This document shows, one piece after another, positions 14,130 to 28,431 of a stretch of 64,000 nucleotides of DNA. How positions within the stretch are numbered: the first letter of the stretch is position 1; each line of letters starts with the position of its first letter. A program made the position numbers and the translations under genes. The notes beneath the pieces were generated by a model. The model was not told where the DNA came from. It was given only the letters and a program-made list of their open reading frames with translations, and searched no databases. This DNA comes from Octopus vulgaris (taxonomy: Eukaryota): the NCBI GenBank assembly GCA_951406725.2, contig OX597843.1:6572001-6636000 (forward strand), given 5' to 3'.

Positions 14130-14916
14130 CACATACACAGAGATCATATTGAGATTAAATAAAGATAAAAATGAGATTATGTTCAAAGATATATCAAAGT
14201 TAGGTTATATTTAGATGGAACTCAGAATGTTTGGGAGTTAATACGATTGCATTAGGCACAGGTACATCGCATGTGTGTGTGTGTGTGAATACGTATATCT
14301 GTGTGAATGCGTATGTGTAGATATGTGTGTGTGTGCGTGTGACCATGTGTGCGTGTCAGTGAATACATGTCAGCGTTATGTAAGAATATATCAGTCATGG
14401 GGGAGGCGCAGGAGGGTAAATGTGTACGCATGTGGATATGTACCGATCGATATGGGAGTGAACGTGTGACTGAGCAGTCTAGCAAAAGGAGACTGACAAA
14501 GACCGGAATGAAAATAAGTACAGGGGAGGAGGGGTCGATTTGGTCAACTGGTCCTTCAAGATGGTGCCCCAGCATGGCCACAGCCCAATGACTGAAGTCA
14601 GTGAAAAACAAAGTACAAGCATGTATCTCCACACCACTGATGTTATCCAAGGGAGAGGCAAAGGGGCCGATACAGTTTGGCCCCAGCGATTGTGTTTGTG
14701 TGCAAGTGTGAGCACGGGTGAGGGAGGGAGTGAGTGAGTGAGTGAAGGAGTGAGGGAGTGAGTGAAGGAGTGAGTGAGGGAGTGAGTGAGGGAGTGAGTG
14801 AAGGAGTGAGTGAAGGAATGAGGGAGTGAGTGAGTGAGGGAGTGAGTGAAGGAATGAGGGAGTGAGTGAGTGAGGGAGGGAGTGAAGGAGTGAATGAATG
14901 AGTGTGCGCGAGAGAG

Positions 14917-14960
<44 letters not shown>

Positions 14961-15514
14961 AAGAAGAGGGGGGGTTGTATGACTTTCCTAATTTATTATC
15001 AAATGACTCACCAAAACCACCTGCCCCCCCTCCCTCCCACCCACCCATCCGCTAACAACTGACACATTAAAGGTGAACAGAAGGACAACAAAACGGGGGG
15101 GGGGGGAGGGGGAGAAATTATCATTATTATTATTATTGTTGTTGTTGCTACTGTTGTTTAACCAGAGGTGAAGCTTATCTAGGATCAAAGCCATTCCACA
15201 AGTGACCTACCTAACAATCTACCCTCAATGCAGTCACAGTCTACCTGCGGCCCACCTGGAATTTTCTCCCAGAGTGCCACACCTAATGACCAGCTGGGTT
15301 TCCTGTGGCCCACCTCTCAGAAAAGGTTGTCCATGCCAGCATATTGGACTGTGGTTGTAGTTTAGCCCCAGGTCAGTGGGCGTTGGTCAATGGTGACCTT
15401 GGCAGAATTTGATCTCAGAATGTATAGGTGGATCAAAGGTCACTGCTTTGTTCAGCAAGCTGCCATTTCTGCCAGCTCACTATCTTGGTAGTAGTAGTAG
15501 TAGTAGTAGTAGTA

Positions 15515-16182
15515 ATCCTTTCTACTATAGGCACAAGGCCTGAAATTTTGGGGAAGGGGACCAGTCGATTACATCGATCCCAGTGCATAACTGGTACTTA
15601 ATTTACTGACCCTGAAAGGATGAACGGCAAAGTCGACCTCAGTGGAATTTGAACTCAGAACGTAAAGACAGATGAAATGCAGCCAAGCATTTTGCCTGGC
15701 ATGCTAACCATTCTGCCAGCCCACCGCCTTAATAAAAACCTTTTTCTACTGTAGGCACAAAGCCTAAAATTTTGGGAAATTAAGTCGATTGCATTGACCA
15801 CAGTACGTGACTGGTACTTATTTAATTGACCCTGAAAGGATGCAAAGCAAAGTCAACCTCAGCAGAATTCCAACTCAGAATGTAAAAACAGACGAAATAC
15901 CATTAAGCATTTACCTGGCATGCTAACCATCCTACCAGCTCACCACCTTAAATAATAATAATAATAATAATAATAATAATCCCTTCTATTATAAGCACAA
16001 GGCCTGTAATTTTGGGAGGAAGGGGGACTAGTTGATTTGATCAACCCCCACTGTGCAACTGGTACTCAATTCATTGACCCTGGAAGAGTGAAAGCTAAAT
16101 TTCAGAGAGAGACAGAATTTGAACTTTGACAGCAAAAGGCAGGTGAAATACCCCTAAGTCTGGCATGGCAACAATTCTACCT
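15515..16182 (-). mobile_element. Three head-to-tail SINE family B copies
   Basis: Repeated CTGGTACTTATTT...GAAAGGATGAA...GAATTTGAACTCAGAA...CTGCCAGCTCACCGCC units separated by AAT/AGT runs. Confidence 0.85.
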
Positions 16183-16699
16183 AGGCGTGTTGCATGACTT
16201 TTAAAGGCCCCTTGTACCTTTTTTTACTTTGAGGCCCCACCCCATCAATCAGAATTTATAATCTATGCACCCTTTTATTCATAGCTATATTTTACTTTAT
16301 TCTGTCTGAGGTTCAATATTTTATGTTATCCGAAAGAACATTTTTAAAAGTACAACAATTTGAATTTATTTAGGTCTGTTACAAATTTTAATAAAAACTT
16401 CCAGATACGCTTGAAAGAGCATTTTTATAATCCAGGCAACTTTCAAAGACAAACACAGCACACTTTCCGCTTGGTGAAATCATTGATCAATTCAGAATAA
16501 TTAAGCTGAAAGCCAAGTTCGTGTTCAATAGATATCAGAGACAATCCAAAAAGTCTGGTACAAGTTCATGGTACAATGTAATATTTTGACAAGAACTTTT
16601 GCAGGTACAATGTATCACCATTTCATTTCTTGAAATTTTCAATTAACACAGATAGTTCAACATCTTAACTACAATAAATAAATGACTGATCTATGTACT
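16183..16699 (-). mobile_element. hAT DNA transposon remnant (probable other end at about 17010-17075)
   Basis: 16556-16461 translates to RLFGLSLISIEHELGFQLNYSELINDFTKRKV, resembling the hAT C-terminal dimerisation region. GGCCCC subterminal motifs at both ends. Confidence 0.7.
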
Positions 16700-17008
16700 T
16701 TGATCCTAACATGACCAACCAGGAGAATTCATCTACAAAGCAATTGCCCCAGCTCCCCTTCAGGGTTGGCGAAAGCGATGTGGTGGACAACGAAAAACCT
16801 GGCTGATGACAGTCAAGGCTGATTTGGAACCCAACCTAGGCCTCCATGTCTACAGCGTTCACCGCTGGAATAAGGAGTGGTTGGAGATCACGCGGTCATC
16901 AGCCTCAAATCACCAGGCCTGGTCAGCGTTTGTGAGAGATGCAGCATTGAGGATGAATGAAGCCAGCTCAACCCACCCCAGGTGAATGCTGTCATAAGAC
17001 AATACAAT
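16700..17008 (+). mobile_element. RTE-clade LINE 3' end nested in a hAT remnant
   Basis: Translates to PAPLQGWRKRCGGQRKTWLMTVKADLEPNLGLHVYSVHRWNKEWLEIT...WSAFVRDA. Confidence 0.78.
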
Positions 17009-17706
17009 ATGGGGCCCCTCGATCAAAGAGGACCCCTGTGACCACAGGGTTTGCAGGGGCTTAGTGATGGCCCTGATTCTGCCAGCTTGCTGCCTTAATC
17101 AGAATTCTTTAAAAATTTGGTACCAGGCCAGGATTTTGATGGAAGGGGTTAAGTGAAATACAGCAATCTCAGGACTCATCTGGTATTTCATTTTACCAAT
17201 CCAGGAAAGATGAAAGACGAAGTTGACCTCAGTGGAATTTGAACTCAGAACGTAAAGATGGGCAAAATGCCATTAACGGTTCTGCCATCTCACCAACCGT
17301 ATTCTTTTACTCTTTTACTTGTTTCAGTCATTTGACTGCGGCCATGCTGGAGCACCACCTTTATTCGAACAAATCAACCTCAGAACTTATCCGTTGTAAG
17401 CCTAGTACTTATTCTTTCGGGATTTGGTAGACAGAAACCGAAAAGAAGCCTGTCGTATATATGTATATATATGTGTATGTGTGTCTGTGTTTGTCCCCCC
17501 AATATCGCTTGACAACCGATGCTGGTGTGTTTACATCACTGTAACTTAGCGGTTCAGCACAAGAGACCGATGGTATAAGTACTAGGCTTCCAAAGAATAA
17601 GCCCTAGGGTCGATTTGCTCGACTAAAGGCGGTGCTCCAGCATGGCCTCAGTCAAATGACTGAAACAAGTAAAAGAGTAAAGAGCATGTATATTTATGAG
17701 TGCACA

Positions 17707-17744
<38 letters not shown>

Positions 17745-18673
17745 CATAATAAACTTATCACACACACATATACACACATATGTATCATACATGCACACAC
17801 ACACATATATATACATACAGAGATATGATTGATTGATTGATTGATTTTAGTTTCAGCTCATTGAGCTGTGGCCATATATATATATATCGTCCGTTTTTCT
17901 GTCCTTGTTTCGTATACATTGGATCCTTTTTTCCAAGAAATCTAATGCTCGTAGCTTAGTTTTTCCTTGGGGCTGGCTGGATCGGAGCGATCTCAAGATT
18001 AATCAGCCGAAATTGCGAGGATGATCCGGTTCTTGACTGAAGATTGAAGGCTTCGAATGTCCCGTCCGTGTTTTTTGTATCGTCTTCTAAATGTTTTACG
18101 TTCTTGTCCCAGTTTGTATTTTTCTACATATAATATATATATACACACACACCTAATAGTCCTATATGTGTATCACATATATATACATACAACTCGCTAG
18201 TTCTTCTTCCTGCATCTACACAAAGAGGAAGTTACAAAGATGACAGTTATGTAAAAATTCTTTGAAAGGAAAACAAAAACAAAAAAAAAAAGAAAAAATT
18301 CAAATTTGGAGCAAGATGTCTCCAAACAGCTGACAGCTGACCCAGTTCACAGACACACAAAGGACTGACCCGAATGACAACCGCTACCCACCCCCACCAC
18401 ACACACAGGTTGACCTACACCACACCTTCAACTGCGCAAATATATGAAAAGGTAAATAAAATCTCCAACGATGTTGAGGTGAAAATTGGAAATTAGGTTC
18501 AGGTGTGTTTGAGTGGATGTGGCTGAGTGGTGAAGGAGGTTGGTTTGAAACGTGTGGGGGTTTGGGGTTCAGTCCCACTGCGCGGCACTTTGGGTTGGTG
18601 TCTTCTGTTATTGCTCCGGCCTGGCCAATGACTTGCAAGCGGATTTGGTACATGGAAACTGTACAGAAACCTC

Positions 18674-18726
<53 letters not shown>

Positions 18727-18972
18727 ATACATATCCAGAACATGTATACATACATATCTACACACACACACACACAGAGAGGTGTGTCGATGTTTTACAA
18801 CTGAACCCTTCCAGGTGGTGCCCCAGCTTGGTCGCAATCCAATGGCCGAAACAAACTAAAAATGGAATCCGGTCCATTTAAAACACATTAAGAACCCTGC
18901 CAACTAGTTTTCAGCCGTTTACCTTTCAGGCTTTTTTTATTTATATACATTCTGTGTGTATATATATATACA

Positions 18973-19142
18973 GGTGCAGGAGTGGCTGTGTGATAAGTAG
19001 CTTGCTTACCAACCACATGGTTCCGGGTTCAGTCCCACTGCGTGGCACCTTGGGCAAGTGTCTTCAGCTATAGCCCCAGGCCGACCAATGCCTTGTGAGT
19101 GGATTTGGTAGACGGAAACCGAAAGAAGCCCGTCGTATATAT

Positions 19143-19182
<40 letters not shown>

Positions 19183-19378
19183 GTTTGTGTGTCTGTGTTT
19201 GTCCCCCTAGCATTGCTTGACAACCGATGCTGGTGTGTTTACGTCCCCATCACTTAGCGGTTCGGCAAAAGAGAGCGATATAATAAGTACTGGGCTTACA
19301 AAGAATAAGTCCCGGGGTCGATTTGTTCGACTAAAGGCGGTGCTCCAGCACTGAAACAAGTAAAAGAGTAAAAAGAGT
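18973..19378 (+). mobile_element. SINE family A, full copy
   Basis: Same head, core and tail as 3269-3690. Confidence 0.9.
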
Positions 19379-21513
19379 ATATACTAGACATAAGTTTCAT
19401 AAACTACAGAATATAAATATCCCCTCTGCCACACCTGAAACGTACCTGTTATAAATCTTTATCTCGAACTGAATGTACAAAGTGAAGGTATTTAGAAATG
19501 CCCAAAATTAATTCTGCAAATGTGCCAAGCACTGATGCTGATCATAGTTTAATCAACAAGTGTAGGAGCAAGGTAAATGGGGGAGTGGTCAGTAGGGCCC
19601 TATTTAAGCAGTCCTTCAGAAACTGAACCTCCTTACGATATTCCCTGGGAGTTCATTGAAATTCATGGTCTTTGCCCCAATTTGGTTGCCAATGCTGTGT
19701 ATTTAGTTTAAAATGCAGTAAAAATGGGAGGCGGTCAGTTGGACCCCAATTAGGTGGCCCTTAAAAAAATAGACCCCCCGCCCCTTAGGACATTCCCTGG
19801 GATTAGAGAAGTTGATGGTTTGAGTTTTGTCGTCATTGCACCAACGGTCAAGGAGGAGTTAACGAACATAAAAACATCACTCAAATTCATAATGTGTGTG
19901 TGATTGTTACATATCTTTGTGTTGAGCAGTGACAGGTATCTGCCTTGTATACAAATACTTTCTTCTATCAATTCATTGTCAACAGTTGAAATAGGTACAC
20001 ACCTACAAACACAAATCCATTTAGTATTTATTGATGTACAAAAGACAGGAAAAACGCCCTCAATCAGTCAATACTGTGAGCATACATGTATGTGTGTGTG
20101 CGCATACATACATATATATATAGATCTCTTTTACTTGTTTCAGTCATTTGACTGTGGCCATGCTGGAGCACCGCCTTTAGTCGAGCAAATCGACCCCGGG
20201 ACTTATTCTTTGTAAGCCCAGTACTTATTCTATCGGTCTCTTTTGCCGAACCGCTAAGTGACAGGGACGTAAACACACCAGTATCGGTTGTCAAGCAATG
20301 CTAGGGGGACAAACACAGACACACAAACATATAAACACACACTTACATATATATATATACATATATACGACAGGCTTCTTTCAGTTTCCATCTACCAAAT
20401 CCACTCACAAGGTATTGGTCGGCCCGGGGCTATAGCAGAAGACACTTGCCCAATATCTTTAAAATAAAGCTGGACCTCTTCCTGTCAGGTGTCCCAGATG
20501 AACCAACTTCACGGCAGGAGGTGCAGATGAGGGCAGCTGCATCGAACTCTCTCATGCACCAAACGGCAATTGCTAAAAAGCATTCGTGAAGTAAAATCAT
20601 GTAGCAACACCAAATGGCGGTGCCCCAGCATGGCCACAGCTCGTGAGCTGAAACTAGATAAAATAAAATATATATATGTAGGTATATAGGCACAGGCGTG
20701 GCTGTATGGTAAGAAGCTTGCTTCCCAACCACATGGTTCCGGGTTCAGTCCCGCTGTGTGGCACCTTGGGTAAGTGTCTTCTGCAATAGCCTCAAGCCAA
20801 TCAAAGCCTTGTGAGTGGATTTCTTAAGCATAAATCTTATACAATCTGTGGATCTTTACCTTTTGACCGACAGATTTAAAAAATAATTTTTTGTAATTAA
20901 AATTGTCATTAATTAATTAATCTGGTGTTTGGAACATACAAGAGTAATTTATTCCAACAGAAATATGGTAACAAAAGGGTTAAGGTCTGTATGTAATATA
21001 GGGACCATATCAGATGTGTATCCACAACATGGGTAGCAGATGGCTTCCCTGGGTACTGTTCATGTAGCCTTACAACAGATGTGGGTGAATGTCGTTTGAC
21101 CATGTTGCTTGATAGCTTCTTTAATCCTTTCCACACCAACCCACCTGAGACCACCCCCTCTGGGTCTATGATACGAGCTTCCTGTTTTAAAGCGATCTAA
21201 ATTAAGACCTCTCACTAAAATTTCCTCTTAACTTACATTTCAAACACCATTTAAGACCAATTAAAACAAGGGCAGCATATGTCAAGAGAAACATCACTTA
21301 GCAGAAGGGCACCTTGGTCTGTAATGGAGACCCATTCAGTCAAGGGGCATCTTAGAGGCAATCCAGTGCTGGTGCCATGTGAAAAGTACCCAGTACACTG
21401 TGTAAGAGTCGTTGACATCAGGAAGGGCATCCAGCTATAGAAACCATACTGGAGCACACATGACGCAGGACTTTCACCTGTCAAAACCTAACTATCCAAT
21501 CCATTCCAGCATA

Positions 21514-22025
21514 CCGTAAATCCTCGAGTATAATCCACATTTTTTCCCCAAAAATTTAATAGTCAAGATCCCTAATGCGTACTATATACGAGGTTAAAAA
21601 TGAAAAATGTTTTCTAAGCAATGTCCGAGTCTCTATTTGCTGTCCGGCAATGTTTATTCAGACACATTTTGTGATGTCGGGTGAGAAAATACCTTAAGCT
21701 AAGCCTGAAAGCAATGAAGTCATAAAAGAATCATCCATAACTTGCAGTAAACAACATTTATTAAACGTTATTACTGTTATTTCTTGATTTTCTGCAAACA
21801 AAATGCACAAAAAAAGCTACACGTTTGCATTATGTTATATATACAATAATAATAAAGGACATTACCATATACATTTTTACAAACCAAGGACGTTATATAG
21901 ACCTTCTACTCTAGTTAGAGAGGGGGTGCGTATTATACACAAGGGTTAGGTTTTTCAGAAGTACAGCCCCCTAAAGATCCCCTGCATATTATACTCAAGA
22001 GCGGACTAAACTCGAGGATTTACAA
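21514..22025. mobile_element. Tc1/pogo-type MITE, second copy
   Basis: TIRs CCGTAAATCCTCGAGTATAATCC / GGACTAAACTCGAGGATTTAC; internal similarity to 13066-13568. Confidence 0.8.
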
Positions 22026-22525
22026 TAGATGTTGGAAGATGACTATGACGACGACGATGATGACATAAACACCGGTACAGATTTGCGCACCTGCACAGGT
22101 AAACGAATTGCGACAGACATGTACAAATTGAGCAGGGGCTGAGAATTTGACCCTGATGACTGGACAAATGATTAAAAAATGTTGATTCATGACCCCCACC
22201 CCAAACAAAACAACTGTAAATCTGTGTGTGTGTGTGTGTGTGTGAATGTGTGTGCGTTGGCCTAATTGTTACAGCAAACAATTAACGATTGTTCACTGTA
22301 ACAATTGAACTGTGTATGAGTGTGCGTGTGTATATATATATATATATATAAACACATACACATATACACATAAATACAAGGGATGATGTAACAGCGTCAA
22401 AGTGAGGTTAGGAAGATTATAAATTTATACACACAGTATTTTGTATGAAGTGAGTGTGCAGCTATATAAATATATATATACTTTGATAGGTTTCGGCCAT
22501 GTCTAACTTAATAGCACCACCTGGT

Positions 22526-22579
<54 letters not shown>

Positions 22580-22644
22580 GCGTGTGGACAGAACAGAAAA
22601 GCAAACAAACAGACTCACAGCTCATAAATGTACAAAATATGAGA

Positions 22645-22676
<32 letters not shown>

Positions 22677-22891
22677 CTATTTTAAAACTGTTGTAATACT
22701 TACAACATTTAATAAAATGATGTAGTACGAAACGATCGTACCAAATTACCGGAGTCATTCTTGTTGCTTATTTTGATAATAATCACCCGACAGACTTTTA
22801 TGGATAACACCATACGGATTTCTGGTGCATCTAAATTAAGTACCATATTCATTCGAATCTAAATTTTTGCTGAACTTATATATATATATAT

Positions 22892-23186
22892 ACTAGCTGT
22901 ATCGCCCGGCGTTGCTCGGGTTTGTAAGAGAAATAACTATAAAGCATTTTTAGAGAGTTATAGCCAAAAAATAGCAAAAAAATGCATTAAAATGGAAAAA
23001 ATGATGGTAAATTATTTTTAAAATCGTAGACTCATCGTAGACGCGCGCTAATACCCAGAAGGGCTCGATATGAATCACGACTATAAGATACCCGCTTTTG
23101 GTTAAACTGCACCGCAAAATGTGGGAGTAGTAAGGAATCTAAATCGCAGGAGACAGACACACAACTTTTCTCTTATATATAAAGAT
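22892..23186 (-). mobile_element. Non-autonomous Helitron-like element
   Basis: Minus strand 5'-TC...CCCGAGCAACGCCGGG...CTAG-3', inserted between A and T within (TA)n. Confidence 0.7.
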
Positions 23187-24619
23187 ATATATATATATAT
23201 ATATATATCGGTTCGGCAAAAGAGACATATATATATATATATATATATATGAATATATACGACGGGCTTCTTTCAGTTTCCGTCTACCAAATCCACTCAC
23301 GAGGCTTTGGTCGACTCGAAGCTATTAGTAGAAGAAGACACTTGCTCAAAGTGCCACGCAGTGGGACTGAATATATATATTATTATATGATAGAAAGCAG
23401 TGCTTGTGTAGAGCACACAAACACAGCTACACGTGCGATTATGCGAATATTGATCGATGTAAATACATATTTAATATATGGCAGAGCCGCACCGGCTGTG
23501 AGTGTGTATATTTACATATATGCATAATAAATGTCGATGATCGCAGGAGTGGCTGTGTGTGATAAGTAGCTTGCTTGCCTCGGGCCGACTAATGCCTTGT
23601 GAGTGGATTTGGTAGTCAGGTCGTCACGCAGTGGTGGCGGACAAAATAACATATACACACACACGCGCGCGCTTGCGACGGGCTTCTTTCAGGTTCCGTC
23701 CACCAAATCCACTCACAAGGATTTGGTCGGTCCGAGGCTATTATAAGACATTTGCCCAAGGAGCTACATAGCAGGATTGAACCCAGAACTATTCGATTAC
23801 GAAGTGAGCTTCCTGGACCACACAGCCAAGCTTGCACTTATCATACACATACGATGGGCTTCCACACAGTTTCCATCTACCAAACCTACTCACAAAACAC
23901 TGGCCGGCCCCCGGTTATAGTATAAGACACTTGCCCAAGGTGCCATGCAGTGGGACTGAACCCGGAATCATGTGGTTGGTAAGCAAGCTTCTTACCACAC
24001 AGCCACACCTGGGCATTAATTACATTTTAAAACACAGACGAGGTGCACACAGACACATGCAGAGTGCACTTTCCTGCACCAAAGTACACATGCACCCGTA
24101 TGGTGCATTAAGAGGACACCAGGGTGTTCCGAATACCGTGACATTTCATGGTTCACCTATAAAGCCACCTCGAGGCACACCCGCAAAGCATACGCGGCAC
24201 AGTGGATGGGGATGCCTCCTCTATACAAACAACACTGCTATTCAGCCCCAGGTCGGTCCTGATTGAGCAGGACAATAACTCATAAGCGCTCCGATTATGA
24301 CCACTCCTTGCAATTTAATATGTACCTTGGACTGCGTTAACAAAAGTGTCCTTTCCGTTTTCAAAAAGACTATGCTATGTTATGAAGGAATCTGGTAGCT
24401 ATTTCTAGCAGGCCATGGCTCCTCACCCGGGTTATTATGCGGTAATATTTATCGTAAACAGATGCGTGTGCAGTAAATGATAATTCACACACTCTATGTG
24501 TTGTGTACATTAACATATATATACATATACACACACACACACATCCGACTATAATACACCATACATATATATAGTACATCATATACACATACACAATATT
24601 CACACATATATACACATCA

Positions 24620-24658
<39 letters not shown>

Positions 24659-24747
24659 TACACACATCCGACTATAATACACCATACATATATATATAGT
24701 ACATTATATACACATACACATTACTCATACATATATACACATCACGT

Positions 24748-24792
<45 letters not shown>

Positions 24793-24927
24793 CACGCATT
24801 TAGGCGCATCATAATGGTCCCAAGATGGACAACGAGAGAACCTTTGCCAATTCGTTTTCTAATAAAAAATATATTTTCTCTCCTTCCATGCCCTACCACC
24901 ACAGACTCTTGTCTCTACTCACATCAT

Positions 24928-24966
<39 letters not shown>

Positions 24967-25357
24967 CTAAATTATTTGCTGTCAAGCACCTTGAGATGAA
25001 AAGAAAGACTTTGCTAAGTAGCTGAGCTCTCAGCTTTGGTATACGTGTGTGTGTGCGTGTGTGTGTAGACACACACATGAAAACATCAAACATATACAAT
25101 GAGCACACATGCACACACATATATATACATACACACGCGAACCAACGTAGTCATTTCACATACAGACACACACCTGTCTCTCTGTATTATATATATATAT
25201 ATATATACATACATACATACATATATCTATACATATATATATCTACATACATACATACATATATCTATACATATATATATCTACATACATACATACATAT
25301 ATCTATACATATATATATCTACATACATACATACATATATCTATACATATATATATC

Positions 25358-25396
<39 letters not shown>

Positions 25397-25546
25397 ACAT
25401 ATATATATATCTACACACATACACATATATACACTACGTCTTCTTGTGGTGTCCTGTACGTATATATATTTATATATGCATGTATATATACATGTAGATG
25501 TAGGTACGTACATATGTTTGTATGTATGCATATATTTTATTTATTA

Positions 25547-25583
<37 letters not shown>

Positions 25584-25616
25584 TACACAGACACACACAA
25601 ACCTATACGTATGCTA

Positions 25617-25650
<34 letters not shown>

Positions 25651-25949
25651 GTGTGTGTGTGTGTGTGTATGCGTGTGTGTAAGGATGTAGATGAGTCAGT
25701 CACTAATAACGAAGCAACTACCAATGCAGATGTTGCTCTGACGTAAAAAATAAAAATAAAAAACCTAATAATAAAACAAAACTGAAAATAAATACAAACA
25801 AAAAAGCAGCTGAAAAATTGCCGGCAACGGACGGAAAGTTGCCTCCGAGCACCATAACCACCACCACCACAGCCGCTACTGGTGGTGGTGGGGGATATAG
25901 TACGGCGCTGGTTGAATGAGTGGTGACTGCGGCGAAGGTTGCACTGATA

Positions 25950-26182
25950 ACAGTATATGTGGTAGTGGTAGTGGTTGTAGTGGTAGAAGTAGTAGAGGGT
26001 GGTGTTGTATATGCAGTTGTGGTGATGATGGTGGTAGTATTGGTGAGAGTATAGGCAGTGGTGGTTGTGGTGGTAGTAGTAGTGATGAAGGTGGTGGTAG
26101 TATTGGTGAGAGTATAGGCAGTGGTGGTTGTGGTGGTAGTAGTAGTGATGAAGGTGGTGGTTGTATTGGTGAGAGTATAGAC

Positions 26183-26215
<33 letters not shown>

Positions 26216-26972
26216 GGTTGTATTGGTAGAAGTAGTAGTGGGTGGTGTTGTATATGCAGTTGTGGTGATGGTAGTAGTAGTGGTGATGATGGTGGTGGTT
26301 GTATTGGTGAGAGTATAGGTAGTGGTGGTGGTTGTGGTAGTAGTGATGCCGGTGGTGGTTGTATTGGTGATAGTATAGGCAGTGGTGGTGGTTGTATTGG
26401 TGAGAGTACAGACAGTTGTGGTGGTAGTAGTAGTGGTGATGATGGCGATTGTATTGGTGAGAGTATAGGCAGTAGTGGTGGTGGTAGTGATGCCGGTGGT
26501 GGTTCTATTGGTGAGAGTATAGGTAGTAGTAGTGATGAAGGTGGTGGTTGTATTTGTGAGAGTACAGACAGTAAACACAGTAGTAGTAGTGGTGTTGGTA
26601 TAGGTGACAGTATATGCAGTAGTAGTACTAGTAATGGCAGCGGTGGTGGTGATTGTGGCTGTATAGACGACAGTATAGGCAATAGTAATGACGGTGGTTG
26701 CTTTGGTGACAGTATATGTGGTAAAGATGGTTGTATAGGTAGTGGTGGTGTGGTAGCGGTGACCACAGCGACGGTTCTAGTAGCGAAGGTGGTTAAATTA
26801 GTCGCCGTTGCGGTCACGGCTGTAGTTTTGTATCGATGGTGGTGGCCATGGTCGTAGTGTTCGTGATAGTGTAGTAGTAGTGGTGGTAGTAGTGCAGTGG
26901 TGGTGGCTGTTTAGGTAGTAGTTGTAGCGGTGGTGGTTATGGTAGTTATTGTGGTGGTCACGGTGGTGGTTA
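25950..26972. repeat. Low-complexity (GGT/AGT)-derived minisatellite with recurring TATTGGTGAGAGTATAGG motif; mucin-like Thr-rich frame on minus strand
   Basis: Motif recurs about 10 times at 40-120 bp spacing. Three long overlapping low-complexity ORFs. Confidence 0.85.
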
Positions 26973-27989
26973 GCCTAGGGTTATAACGATTCGTGTGTCC
27001 TGAAGCCTTTACAAGGCCGCAGAATTGTCTAGAATTTAGAAATAGCAGCTAAATGTCTCTCAAATAATACGTTTATTGCTTTGAAAGAGAGAAAAAAAGA
27101 AGGACAGGAGATAATGTAGTCTCGAATATATACTGACTGAATTCAAGGCAGGACGGTCACGGTTGAGTCGCTTTTCTAATGATTAGGTTTGCTCTACCGA
27201 AATTGACAGCCTAGGGCTAAACAGCAGGCAGATCACGAGGTGACGCCTCGACCGGCTTGGCACGGCCGGCGGGGAAAACACAGCAGTGTCACACACACAC
27301 ATACCAGCGTCTTAAAAGGGGAGGACACATCGTATAATGTAGTCCTGAAAAACGATGGACTGGATGGTCACGGCTAGAACGCCTTTAGTAATAATTCTAC
27401 CCAGCAAGGACCGACCGGGGACTTAAACAACACCAGCCAAATCTCCTTAAATTGACTCCCTTTTGCTTTATAGAAGGAAGGACACATTAAAGAGGTTTTA
27501 GATATCCCAAAACGGGATGGGATGGTCACGGATGGGACGTCTTTAATCATAGGTCTACAAGGCCCCGGGCTGACCTGTGGTTGAATAACAGCCAAATCGG
27601 GAAGGACACACTGTAGCTTTAAATATCCCAAACCCCGAGATGTCATGGGCATACAATGAGAAGACGTCTTTACCGGGGGTTAAACAGCAGCTAAGTCCCC
27701 TTAAAATAACTCCCTGTCGCTTTAAAAAGGGAAGGCCACGGTGGGAAAGTCACAGATCACACGGGTCTGCTGCTTGATCGGGACCGATCGGGGCCTTAGA
27801 CAACCAGTTTGTGTCGGTCGCCCCACGTAAAAATAGACACCTTGTACTCTTCAAGCAATTAATGATACCTGGGTACTTTACGGGTGCATTGTAACCATCA
27901 GCTGATAGCTGGGGGGTTAACATCTCTTTGTACCACCCACAATAATACGGGATTGCCGGTATGTACACACGTACGTACCTGTGCCTGTA

Positions 27990-28027
<38 letters not shown>

Positions 28028-28353
28028 CATACATACACACAGTAGTCAACACCCTTATTATATAGACATGTAACAAAGCTTGCGTGTCCATAAATATAAT
28101 ATTGGTGTGTATATATGCATGAATACATTCTGCAATAGCATTGCTTATATATATATATATATAATTAATACAAATTATGTTCCAGGTGTATATAACGTCA
28201 AATGTGAAAAATCTACGTTCGTGTGCATGTATATATGTGTGTGTGTGTAGTATACACACGCTGACATATATACACACATACAGTACAGGATGGGCCAAAA
28301 GTTACTTCAAAGCTGTTTTATTACCAAATTAGGGTAATTAACTTTTGGCCAAC

Positions 28354-28431
<78 letters not shown>

